Shown here piece by piece: positions 45,880-56,700 of a stretch of DNA of 64,000 nucleotides. The position numbers and the translations under genes are program-made. The notes beneath the pieces are model-generated. The model was not told the origin of the DNA, made no database searches, and saw nothing but the letters and a program-made list of their open reading frames with translations. Source of the DNA: a virus; IMG/VR virus record IMGVR_UViG_3300030117_004272, positions 1 through 64,000 of that record, one strand, 5' to 3'. The stretch's first letter is position 1; every line of letters begins with the position of its first letter.

Positions 45880-47421
45880 ATGATACCAAATATAGAAGAC
45901 ATACAAGAAGGCGATCCGATTGTGTTTGATCACTACGGAGATAGCACACTAGCCAAAGCATTTCGTAGGCTAGAGACAACTGAAGAGTTATACCCTTACT
46001 ACAGTGCCTTGACACTACTCAAATGGGTATGGACATATCAGACTCCATATGGACAGACGGATGGTAGATACCTACGGCTCAATCCGTATGGTGTATTAGA
46101 TAAGATAGAACAGACCAGTGATCCAGTTGGATTCCTTGCATTCCTACTAGCTCACGAATCAGGTCATGTGATGTTGGGTATATCCAGACTCTTCAAGTTG
46201 ATGGGTACTATACCAGAAGATGATGCCCCCGCTCATGTGCTGAATGAGTTCATGAAGCGTAAGCGTCTAGTCAACATCGCTGCTGACCATGCAGATAATC
46301 TACTCATACTCAAACAGAATGCGAAGCTGTTACCGATGATCGAAGGGTCATGCTGTGACATCCGATTCGATAACATGAGTACGGAGAATATTGTCATCGA
46401 GCTTGCTAAAGACGAGAACAATGGACAATCTAAAATGGACGATGAGCAGGGAGCAGAGGACGATGATCAACAGGATGGTGAGCAGGATGGTGATGATCCA
46501 CAGTCATCCGATGGTGGTGACGAGCCATGCGATGAGGATGCTGACACTAATCAAGATACAAGTGAATCAGATAGTGATGGCGATAGCACTGACGATGGCG
46601 ATGGTGACGGAGATCAAGAGGGTGATGCTACAGGAGGCACACCTAAACCAACCGACAAAGAAATCTTAGGTGATGATTGGGTCGGGCAGGGTGCTGATGA
46701 TTTACCTGACGAGCCACACCTTGAGGAGGGTGAGACACTTGAGGAGGTGCTTGAGGAGATTGACCAGATCTCAGATCAGGTGATCAAGCAAGCTGAGTTT
46801 GCATCAACATCAAGTGACATGGGCTTGAGTGACACCATGAGAAGTGTCAAGGATCAGAAGTCGCAGCGGTCATACATGGATTGGAAAAAGTATGTCATGG
46901 AATGGAACACCGCTCGTGTTGCAGATGGATGGACACGACCATTCAACGCACCGATCTTCAACGCAACCAATGGGCTATGCACTGCAGGTCGTGGTCGTGA
47001 TGGTTGCGGTACAATCGTCTACGTCATCGACAGTAGTTGGTCGATGGATGAACAACTGACATCTGATCTATTGATCCTTGCACAAGAGTTCCTCGATAAT
47101 ATGAGACCTGAGAAGATGGTCATCCTATCTGTATCCTCTCAGGTGCGAGACGTGTATGAGTTATACTCAGGTGATCAAGCTCCAACTAAAATCAAAGTCG
47201 GTGGTGGTACAAGATTCCATCCCGCATTCGAGTGGGTCAAAGAGAACGAACCATTCTGTGATGGGTTAGTGTACTTAACTGATGGTTATAGTAATGATCT
47301 AAGGAACTTACAAGAGCAGCCTTATCCAGTGCTGTGGGTATCATACGGATTAGAATCTAAACACTACACAATCGGTGAGGCAATCGATGCTGCGCCAAGC
47401 AACGCAGGTATCGCTGCATAA
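45880..47421 (+). CDS. Metallopeptidase-vWA protein (DUF2201-like)
   Basis: TDG, LAHESGH (HExxH), NIAAD, acidic linker, MIDAS DSSWS, GGGT, LTDG. Confidence 0.85.
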   Translation: MIPNIEDIQEGDPIVFDHYGDSTLAKAFRRLETTEELYPYYSALTLLKWVWTYQTPYGQTDGRYLRLNPYGVLDKIEQTSDPVGFLAFLLAHESGHVMLGISRLFKLMGTIPEDDAPAHVLNEFMKRKRLVNIAADHADNLLILKQNAKLLPMIEGSCCDIRFDNMSTENIVIELAKDENNGQSKMDDEQGAEDDDQQDGEQDGDDPQSSDGGDEPCDEDADTNQDTSESDSDGDSTDDGDGDGDQEGDATGGTPKPTDKEILGDDWVGQGADDLPDEPHLEEGETLEEVLEEIDQISDQVIKQAEFASTSSDMGLSDTMRSVKDQKSQRSYMDWKKYVMEWNTARVADGWTRPFNAPIFNATNGLCTAGRGRDGCGTIVYVIDSSWSMDEQLTSDLLILAQEFLDNMRPEKMVILSVSSQVRDVYELYSGDQAPTKIKVGGGTRFHPAFEWVKENEPFCDGLVYLTDGYSNDLRNLQEQPYPVLWVSYGLESKHYTIGEAIDAAPSNAGIAA

Positions 47422-47447
47422 CAAATATAAAAACTAGATAAGAAGAT

Positions 47448-47963
47448 ATGAAAAAACTAATACAACAATACATACAACAAAGTGAAGTTGATAATTTAGT
47501 TAGACAACACCTTGATGCCTACGATAATGGTGACGAGTATTATGTTAAACTATTCTGCGCTTCAGAAAGACATCTCGTTGAATACAAAGTGAGAGAGTGG
47601 GTTAAGGACATAGTGGACAGTCAGAAAATATATACTAACGATAAGTATCAAGTCGCTGTTACTGATGATCCCTCATCGGATGTCATCCACCTCTCAATCA
47701 AGAGGCATGATCGTGGAGTCATGAAAGACTGGCGAGACTTTCAAGAGATCAAGAATCAGTTAGTCGGAGAGGAGAACGAGGGCGTTGAACTATACCCTGC
47801 AGAGAGTCGGTTAGTAGATTCTGCAAACCAGTATCACATATGGGTTGTCAGAGATCCGTCTTTCAAATTCAACTTTGGGTATAAGGAAAGATATGTCACC
47901 GACAAACCTTTCGGTAATGCTAAACAAAGAACAATTAAAACCAAAAACATAAAAACAAAATAA
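47448..47963 (+). CDS. Conserved phage hypothetical protein
   Basis: HLSIKRHD...WRDFQEIKNQLVGEE.E.VELYPAESRLVD.AN.YH.W. Confidence 0.75.
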   Translation: MKKLIQQYIQQSEVDNLVRQHLDAYDNGDEYYVKLFCASERHLVEYKVREWVKDIVDSQKIYTNDKYQVAVTDDPSSDVIHLSIKRHDRGVMKDWRDFQEIKNQLVGEENEGVELYPAESRLVDSANQYHIWVVRDPSFKFNFGYKERYVTDKPFGNAKQRTIKTKNIKTK

Positions 47964-47967
47964 TAAA

Positions 47968-48156
47968 ATGGATATATCAGAAACGCTGTGCGATTTAAAC
48001 GACATTAAACAATTCTTAGAACTACGTAAGTTAATAGATGAACCAAAAGATAATGACGGCTCTGGCTTTACCATCGGAGATGTTATTGATGATTTAATCT
48101 ATAAGTTTGAAGAGATGTCAGAATGGAACAGTTACATAAAGGAGGAAACAAAATGA
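47968..48156 (+). CDS. Hypothetical protein
   Basis: ORF in the plus-strand operon. Confidence 0.6.
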   Translation: MDISETLCDLNDIKQFLELRKLIDEPKDNDGSGFTIGDVIDDLIYKFEEMSEWNSYIKEETK

Positions 48157-48213
48157 TGATTATAGCAGGAATAATTATATGGCTATTCTTAATAGTACTA
48201 GTACTTAAATTCT

Positions 48214-48861
48214 TTGCAGCCGCTACAGAAAGGAGAGACAAAGATGAGCGAAGATAACTCAATCCCTTTTCTTAAAGGTCTTGAAGCAAAAGCGTGTGAA
48301 TATCTTAGCAGAGCAAACGCTATACGTAACTCACATAAACTGCATCATATCGACTGGCGTAGGTTTGAAAGAGCGGGACAGTCACTTAGCCAATACTACT
48401 TTGCTTACGAAAATTTAGAATCAGATGAAGAGCGAGAGACTGTACGTTTATACACGAGACAAATCATAGCCGCTATGGATCACATGGGGGAACACCAAGA
48501 GGTAATCAATGAACGTGTAAATGAAATAAACAAAAAGAAAGAACAAGCTATAAGGGAAAAGCAAGAGAAGAAAGAACAAGAAGCGTTAGATAAGAAACTA
48601 AAAGAGGAGCGGGAGGAACAAGATCGCAAGCAGTGGGAGAGGTGTTATAAAGATAAGCCTAAGTACGAGGATAAATATTCCCTACTCATGCCACTCAATA
48701 TGGTCTCCCAATATCGTGAGCAGAATCATAAGTTCTGCACCAACACGGAACCGCCCGATGAATCATTGGATGTTGAAAGAATATATGAGTATGGAATGTC
48801 TTGTTCCTACACTCCATCAACAAGACCAAACTACTTCAGAAATCTAAAACCAATAACTTAA
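48214..48861 (+). CDS. Hypothetical coiled-coil protein (probable start 48244)
   Basis: AAGGAG upstream of the ATG at 48244. Confidence 0.6.
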   Translation: MQPLQKGETKMSEDNSIPFLKGLEAKACEYLSRANAIRNSHKLHHIDWRRFERAGQSLSQYYFAYENLESDEERETVRLYTRQIIAAMDHMGEHQEVINERVNEINKKKEQAIREKQEKKEQEALDKKLKEEREEQDRKQWERCYKDKPKYEDKYSLLMPLNMVSQYREQNHKFCTNTEPPDESLDVERIYEYGMSCSYTPSTRPNYFRNLKPIT

Positions 48862-48872
48862 AAATAAAATAA

Positions 48873-49214
48873 ATGACCACATACACACACGACTACAGCA
48901 TTATGTTTAGTGTCACGACTACACATAAAGATCCTTGGGATGTGTCCGAAGACGGATTAACATCAGCACTAGTACAGCGGATACACAACATCGCTGATTC
49001 GGAAACGATGAGCGAAGCTATTGAACATGTTGAGACCATAACGCATGTAGATAACCCAAGCCAGAACACTAACTTCCATATCATAGCAGCACTCGGAAAT
49101 ATAGAATGGGATCTGAAGTTCCTTGCAACAGGATCAATGTACAGAGAAGAAAAGAAAGATATACTCGAAAGGTTATCCGAAGTTAAAGAACAAATAAGCA
49201 AAATATATAGATGA
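48873..49214 (+). CDS. Hypothetical protein
   Basis: ORF in the operon. Confidence 0.6.
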   Translation: MTTYTHDYSIMFSVTTTHKDPWDVSEDGLTSALVQRIHNIADSETMSEAIEHVETITHVDNPSQNTNFHIIAALGNIEWDLKFLATGSMYREEKKDILERLSEVKEQISKIYR

Positions 49215-49435
49215 AAATTGATTGGGAGGAAAAGTATAGAGAGCTTGAACTACACTTAATCAAGATGCGTATGCGATGCTCTGGCTATAGAGCAGCAGTA
49301 GAGCATGCACTGAAATGGTTACAAGAAGAAGAGGCTGACAACATACATCCCGCAACAAACATAACCCACTTAACTGAACAGGCGACGTGGGATAAAATAA
49401 AAACTAAAAAACATAATAAAGAAAATGGCAACTAA
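49211..49435 (+). CDS. Hypothetical protein
   Basis: ATGA-coupled ORF. Confidence 0.55.
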   Translation: MKIDWEEKYRELELHLIKMRMRCSGYRAAVEHALKWLQEEEADNIHPATNITHLTEQATWDKIKTKKHNKENGN

Positions 49436-49799
49436 ACTAGAGAAACAAATAACAAGAGAAGCAGAGATCGATGGAACCATGTACCATGTATCATTGACAC
49501 CTGACCCTGAACCATCAATCACTTTCCGTGAGAAGGGAACAAGGGGCAAGGGTACATCGCTCCCTCTTAAATCATTACTAAAACAATCAACTAAGTTAGA
49601 TGAACCTATCAAGCCTAAGAACATTGGCGAGGTTTATATGACTGCTGCTGAAGTGAAATCTAAAGTCGCTGTATCGAACAGGGACTATAAAGAGAAGGTC
49701 GCTGTACTTGCTGCTATTGATGACATGATCAAGCTCGCTGAATGGGAAGCCAACAAGAACGAACCTGATACTGCAATAATAGAAAACCAAAATGAGTAA
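49425..49799 (+). CDS. Hypothetical protein
   Basis: ORF in the operon. Confidence 0.65.
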   Translation: MATKLEKQITREAEIDGTMYHVSLTPDPEPSITFREKGTRGKGTSLPLKSLLKQSTKLDEPIKPKNIGEVYMTAAEVKSKVAVSNRDYKEKVAVLAAIDDMIKLAEWEANKNEPDTAIIENQNE

Positions 49800-49811
49800 T
49801 CATTTATTTGT

Positions 49812-49840
49812 TTGACCCATACATTTATATCAATTATAAT
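49812..49840 (+). promoter_or_regulatory. Sigma70-like promoter
   Basis: TTGACC-17 nt-TATAAT. Confidence 0.65.
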
Positions 49841-49852
49841 TAGATATCCAAA

Positions 49853-50035
49853 ATGAATATAATAAGACAGATCCGACCCAAAGGCGCTCCTATTATTATA
49901 GACGCACAGACGGATGATGACGGAAACATCCTAAAAGAAACAGTAAGAATTTTCCCCATCCTCCCAACAGATCCTCCTCTCATAGGGGAGGGTCTGCCTT
50001 TTAAAATCTCAGACCAATACAAACCAACAGAATGA
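49853..50035 (+). CDS. Hypothetical protein
   Basis: Follows the promoter; coupled to 50032. Confidence 0.5.
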   Translation: MNIIRQIRPKGAPIIIDAQTDDDGNILKETVRIFPILPTDPPLIGEGLPFKISDQYKPTE

Positions 50036-50337
50036 AACTAGTAAAAAAAGTAGAACCACAAACAGTACTTAACGCCATTACAGATCTATCGGGATTTACT
50101 TCTGATGACCTATCGTCCGATGTATCGGGAGGTACAATCGCTGACTGGAGACACTTAGGAATGTACATAGCGAAACAGTACGGCATCCCGTTGAAGACAA
50201 TCGGTGCAATGTTTGGCAGACATTTTAGTACTGTCAGAGGGGCAGAACGCAAAGTTAAATCTTTACTTGAGCATGATGAAGTAAGTAGTGCTATCGATAA
50301 AATAAAAGCTAAAGTTGAAAACACACAGGAAGAGTAA
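50032..50337 (+). CDS. DnaA C-terminal (domain IV)-like HTH protein
   Basis: RHLGMYIAKQ...LKTIGAMFGRHFSTV...RKV matches the DnaA_C pattern RQIAMYL...L..IG..FG.RDHTTV. Confidence 0.75.
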   Translation: MKLVKKVEPQTVLNAITDLSGFTSDDLSSDVSGGTIADWRHLGMYIAKQYGIPLKTIGAMFGRHFSTVRGAERKVKSLLEHDEVSSAIDKIKAKVENTQEE

Positions 50338-50554
50338 GATGTTTATTAAAAAATATTGTAAGCCTGACCGACCTCCTTTTGAGAGGATACTAATGACACA
50401 ATCTGATGAGCCGATTCCAAACTACCATGTGTATGGTGAGCGTGATAAGCAAAGCCCAACGACATTGTATTGGGGAACGAATCGTGCAGATGCTGAATCG
50501 ACATATGATTCTTTAATGCATCGCTACATGTTTCAGATGAAGGCTACTTTTTAA
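50315..50554 (+). CDS. Hypothetical protein (probable start 50339)
   Basis: Last plus-strand ORF before the convergent giant gene. Confidence 0.5.
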   Translation: MKTHRKSKMFIKKYCKPDRPPFERILMTQSDEPIPNYHVYGERDKQSPTTLYWGTNRADAESTYDSLMHRYMFQMKATF

Positions 50555-50645
50555 TGAAGAAAATTTTATCGCCCCGTCGATACGCTGACATGATAGATGA
50601 AAGGTTTGTAGGTATTCCCCTTTCATCTTGATTGTCTTTTACCAA

Positions 50646-50708
50646 AACAACGCCCCGCTCTTACAGCTCTTTTCTTCTTTCTGTCTGTAGGGGTGGGGTT
50701 AGTTGTTT
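50646..50708. terminator. Hairpin between convergent transcription units
   Basis: GCCCCGCTCTTACAG ... CTGTAGGGGTGGGGT, flanked by AACAAC/GTTGTT. Confidence 0.55.
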
Positions 50709-53700
50709 CTACTCTACAGGAATGTAACGTCCGTAAGTTTCGAGTTGGTTATTAAAGGTACGCAATCTTTCAATATGAGTATCCCCTTTGACTGCCATGT
50801 TACGGATGAACGGAGTCTGCAAAGCGGGACGCTCCATCAAACCATTTAGGAGTAAAGCGACTCGACGTTTACCATACCCACGCTCTATTGCTTGAGAGTA
50901 TATCTGCTCATCAGTAAGACCTAACTTCTTGAATCCTCTAAATGCTCTAATTAAATGTTCATTAATACGTCTACGTCTTTCAATCTCCGTATCAGCCATA
51001 CCTCTTACAGCATCTTCTGATATCGAGTCATCTGTATACATACGGTTTTTAAGTGCTGCTGCTCTACGATATTCACCTGCTCTTTCTGACAGGAACCGAT
51101 CAAGCTGTTGTTCAGGTACTATGTCATATGGTCTAAGGGGTAAGAACTCTTTAGCTAATGCCCCTAAAGGAGTCATGATAAAATCAGATACGTCTGGATC
51201 TCCCTCCATCAATTTAACAAACCCGTCTTTATATACTTTCTCAAGGGTTCTTGGGGCATAAGCCTCTGAAAAAATAAACTGAAACTTTTTAGAGAAGGCT
51301 TCCCATGCAGTGTCATTAACCTCTGTAATAGGTCTACCATTCTCTGGATCTCTATTATTTAATGCACTGGTTACAGCGCCTGCCAGTATTTGTTGGTCGA
51401 GATACTGGTCGGCAACCATCGCTTTAAAGAAAGCGGCTCCCGCTTCTGCTGGACTACCCCTCATTAACTCATCAAAGGAACGTAGGAATGGATCGACCAT
51501 CATGGCGTATGGGTTAAGATAAGTTAAATCTAATGATTTTAATTGACCTCCTTTAGTATAGTAGAAGAATGAGTTGCTTCTTAAATACTCAGGCATCGAA
51601 TCTCTAAGAGCTTCTTCCTCTTCGTCCCCTATACCAGTGAGGGCATTCACAACAACTTGCGATATTGCGGAGAACCCTACTAACACGGTAGTGAATCCAA
51701 TCATTCTATTCTTACCTCGTTTTCTAATAACTGGATTAGTATCCGCCATTTCTTTCCTCGCTAAGAGAACTGTGTTTAGCATAATCCTTGGAACCTCTAG
51801 TTTGAATCGGATGAACGGAGCGAACATTACCCCGAACCATGTACCCTGTAACTTCTGAACAAACGGTGGGGCTTGATCATAGCTTTGTGCAGTTTTCTTT
51901 ACTTTATCTGCAGCCATCTGCATAAGTTCTTCATCGCTCAAATCTCCGTAATTAATCTGGTTCTCTGCTGTTGAAGCAACGTGTTTAGATCTAGCTTGTT
52001 GTAAAACCTCTAGCTCATTCATGAAGTAAGCAATCTTATAAAAACTATCTACAGTTTGTGATAGCTCTCTCAACCTACGAGCAAACCTACCTGCTCTTGT
52101 TTTACCTACTTTCTCTGATATGACACTAATATCTAATGCCTTCTTATCTCCACTTGTTTCACTTTCAAGACCAGCAAGATTATCCAACAATTCTTTCTGA
52201 AGCTGCGCTTCGCTTCGAGGGTTTGTTAAAAAGTCCTGTAAGAGTCTAGCTTCTATTTCATTGCCAATAACCCCTAACCCGATCATGGTTCTATGGAACG
52301 CACTCACTTCTTCTGGAGCCATTGATAAGTATTTCTTCCGCACAAACTCTTTCTCTAATGATTTACCCATCTTACCAAACCTCCAGAATCCTTGAGACGG
52401 CCCAAAGAAAACAATGTTTGAAGCTATGTTTCGAACATAGAATCCAATAGATCCTAATGTCTTAGCTCCTAAAGATAGACCCGTTAACTTAGCTCCTACT
52501 TCTGTAACAAACTGGTTTGCTTTGTCGGCTTCGGTCTGAGTTACTTTCGCTTTAGGATCAAGTATAGCAGAAACAGCTTGTTCCATTTCTGTAAGAACAT
52601 AATAAGTTTTCCCGTCTGCAAATGGCGCTGTATTAATAATACTAGTGTCTGCTCCAGCAGCTACTTTTAAAATACTATAACCTTCAGGTGCGGGTTTGTA
52701 TGTAGCTGCCTCTCCCTCAATCTGCACTTCGTCTAGTTCGGCCTCTATAATGAATGGCTGTCCTCCTGTTTTTTTGGTGTCCATACCAAACTTCTTGAGG
52801 TTGCTAATGAAGTTTATTTGAGAAGCAATTAAACCAAGATGTGAGAAAGTTTGCAGTAGTTCATTATATCCAGTCTCATCGTCAACTTGACCTAACAATT
52901 CCCGTAACTCTTGCGGAGGATTTTTACGCCTCTTCAAAGCTCCGATGTTTAAACTTACAATACTTTTTGCGTGGTCTTTAAGGTTATTAAATAAATTAGA
53001 TGCCGATCTATCACTTTTAATATGTAAATCGAGATAATCATTTACGAGCTTCGCTTTAAATTCAGCAACCGTAGGGAAGTTTTTAACTTCGTTACGCCAA
53101 TCTTTATTGAATGTCTTATATTGTTTATATAGAAAGTCACCTGCATTTTTCCGTACAGTGTCATATCTAGAGTCTGTTCTTATGTTATCCCTGTATTCTT
53201 TATCTGAAAAAAGTTTATACTCTCTGTGTAGATACAGTTGTAAGTTGTCATCAATAGCAATACCCATTTCACTATCCTCCCCTACGATGCCACGTATAAC
53301 TGTTGATAACTCATCAGTTAAGGCTCTTAACCCTAATGCTTTTTTACCATCTATTTCCCCACCAAGCAGATGCCTAACTAGTCTTGTTTTATTAGAGTCT
53401 TTTTCAGGAACCTTTTGTATTTTAGCTAACTCGCTTATAGCTTTTTTCTTCCTATCTCTAAATTCTTTTCTTCTCCCCTGCACATACTTAGCTCTTATCT
53501 CAGCAATCTTCGATTCGGATTTAACTCCTTTTATTAAATCAAGATATGCTTGTTCTGTTTCGGGAGATATGTTTTCACGGCTACCTACTAATGCTTGTAT
53601 CAAAGCAACAGGTGCTTTGCCGTCAAAATCTTCTTTGATTATTTTATCTAGCTGATTCTTAAAGTTAACAACATCAGCTTCGACAGCATCTTGTATTTGT

Positions 53701-56700
53701 CTTCTTTGTTCTACAAGTCTTCTTATTCTTGGGTCTAAGTCTCCCCTAAACTTATTTACTAAACTTCCAAATAAGCCATCTTTCTTTTTCCTATATTTAC
53801 CAGTCTCAAAGAAAGGTAAATCAAACAAAGGTGCATAACCCCCATAACCTAAACCACCTTCAGCCGTATCGAATGTACCGCTTTCAAGACCACCCTCTTG
53901 TGTGAATCGGACATCCCCTTCTCTACCGTAGTCAGGACGACTACCCCATACAGGTTTTTGTATATACACTCTGTTCCCTATATGGATAGCTTCACTACCA
54001 CCTACTACAGGTACAGGATCTAATGGGTTTGTTATATCTACAAACTCTGAACTTCTTAGAGGGTTTATTGCAACTTCAACCCAACGATTATCTCCTGTTT
54101 GTTTGGGGCCAACTTTACCACTAGCCCAGTTTTTACGGAAAGTATTTAACTGAGCAGGGGTGAACTCCATCAACTCACCTTCCGTAGAAGCCATAAGTCC
54201 TTTGTTACGTCCTACAGCTATTCTCGCTGCTGACTTTTCGTAACGTGTTATCTCTTTAAGTTTTATCCTCGCATAGTTTGTATAGGCTTTTGGCCCTTTC
54301 ATTTTTGGCCCTGCTATAGATACAGCATAAATAGGAGACCCTTTTTTTATAGACTCATTAAAAGTAGGTATGTCTAACCTAATGGATACAGGTTCACTCC
54401 CAATTAATTTATATGCTTGTGAATAAGGTACTGTCCCATGTGTAGAAGAACCATCTTTCGTTTTCTTATCGGCACTAATAAATTTAAGTATATTACTAAC
54501 GGTTGGGGTTTTTGGTACTTCAGTATTTTTATAAGGAAATACTCTGTTACGGATTTCATTATATGTTGCTTGATTTATCTTCTTTGATTTATCCTTTGAA
54601 AATAAACGGTTGGCAGCTACAGCGAGTATGCCTGACCTATCTTTATTTTTGTGGAATGCCGCCTTCTCAAATATCTCTTGCTCTGCAGGATCGTCAAGAT
54701 CACTAGCAGTTTTTACTTTCACAAGAGAAGCAACTTGCCTCTCGTTTACCTGTGATGTGATCGGAGGAACATCTTCTATATTATCATAAACACCTTCTAA
54801 AGAACCTGCTTGTGTTTCACGTACAGGTTGTATTCTTCCAGCAGCCGCACTGACTTGTTCCATCTTCTTCTGCCTATCTACTTTAAGATCGGCATCATAT
54901 TTAAATGGCCCAAGTTTCTCCTCCATGATTTCAGCAGGAGCTTCTTTTGAGTTACGTCTTTTCTTAAAGTTTTCATTTGGAGATACTACACTTTCACCAC
55001 GAATCTCTGAGGCTTTATCCAACATGATTTCATGTGAGCCTTTGTCACGACCAAGATCACTGACAAAACTTACAAAATTTAAGTCTGGATTCTGCTTCTT
55101 ATTTGTTTCAACAAAAGATGCAATAACATTACCTAACGCATTTATACTCTCTTTGTATGCTGCTACATCAAAAGGAAGTGCAAAAGTTTGCCCTATACCT
55201 CCATCTTCTACAGGTAACTTAACAGCTACTTTCCTTTCCATACGGCCTATCTGATCAACAGGGTTAACAGAGAACAAACCCGTGTTATCGTACGGAGGGA
55301 AGTCGTGCCAAAAATCTTGAGGCACAACTCCTAAAGGTTCTGAAATTGTTACGTAGTATACCCTACCATATTTTTTACTTACCCCACCATCATCAGTAAC
55401 CTTCCTCATTTTGTTATATGATTTATATGTTACATTTCCACGCATCGTAGGGCTCTGTATATCACACCAAGGTTTGGTCGCAGCACATGGTACGAATGCA
55501 ATAGTGTCATACCCATCAGGAATCTCAAAGTTCGACATATCTGAATGCCAGTTAGAAACTTTTTCGTTCTTAATTAATGCTGCTGTCATAGCAGGAGTAG
55601 GAGCGAACATGTCAAAAGTAAGTTCAGGAAGCTGAACGCCTTGAGATTTTCTAACTGCTTCTCTTGTTGAGTTGTATATACCTTTCCTTTTGTTAAAGAA
55701 ATATCTAATAAATCTAATAAGCTGGACAGGAGGTAGTACGAGTTTATTTGATGGTTTACCTGTTTTAAGTGATTTAAAAGGTTTACCTAATTGTTCAAAC
55801 TCTGCGTCGTTTATCTTTAATGTATCCTTTATGAAAGACTCAACTTGAGCTGCATCATCAAGATCTAAGTTATCGACAGCTTTATCTATATCGAAAGCTC
55901 CCGCTTGAGTTTCACGTACACCCGTTGGAGGTGAATACCCGAACTCGTAAATTGAATTACCTTCGGTGATCAACTCCCCTGCCTTAACTTCTTTGGTTAA
56001 TACTTTATATCCTTTGTCACCAAACATTCTAGCCCCATGCATTTCAGCATAGTCACGATCCGTAGACACCCAATCTCCTGCATTAATCCCTCCTTTTACA
56101 TTTGATGGTACACCTCTGTATACAGTTACTTTAGCATCAGGGTTTCCACGTACAGATACAATTTGATCATATACCTTCTGGTCATTAGTCGTATCGTATG
56201 AACCACCAGTACCATAAATTCTTAATCCATCAGATGAGTAAAAGTCAGATGGATAAATACTTTCATCCATAGCACTCATTGGTGACCCGTAACCTCTGTC
56301 GGGGGCTCTATGAGATCCTCTATAATCTAACTCACCCTCTTGTGTTTGCCGCACACCCATATCGATCTTCCTATTTGGATCACGATCAACGAACGGTTTA
56401 TCATCGAGATATGTTATAACTTTATTTATAGAGTTTTCTGGATCATCAATATCAAACTTGATCGCAGTGCTAACCTCAAAACCACCTTTCAGTCTTGTCA
56501 TCTCACCTGTCAGTCTGTGCATAGCTGCGGATATAACAGGGTTATCAGCATCTAACTCCCTTATAGCATTAAAACGATTTATATAAGAACGTAAGTAGCG
56601 TAATAATACTCGAACAAAACTTGGGTTGGTTTTGTAAAACTCTATCTCTTCTTCTGTAGTGTACCCTTTAAGTATTCTTTGTGCCTTCATACGTAAGTAC

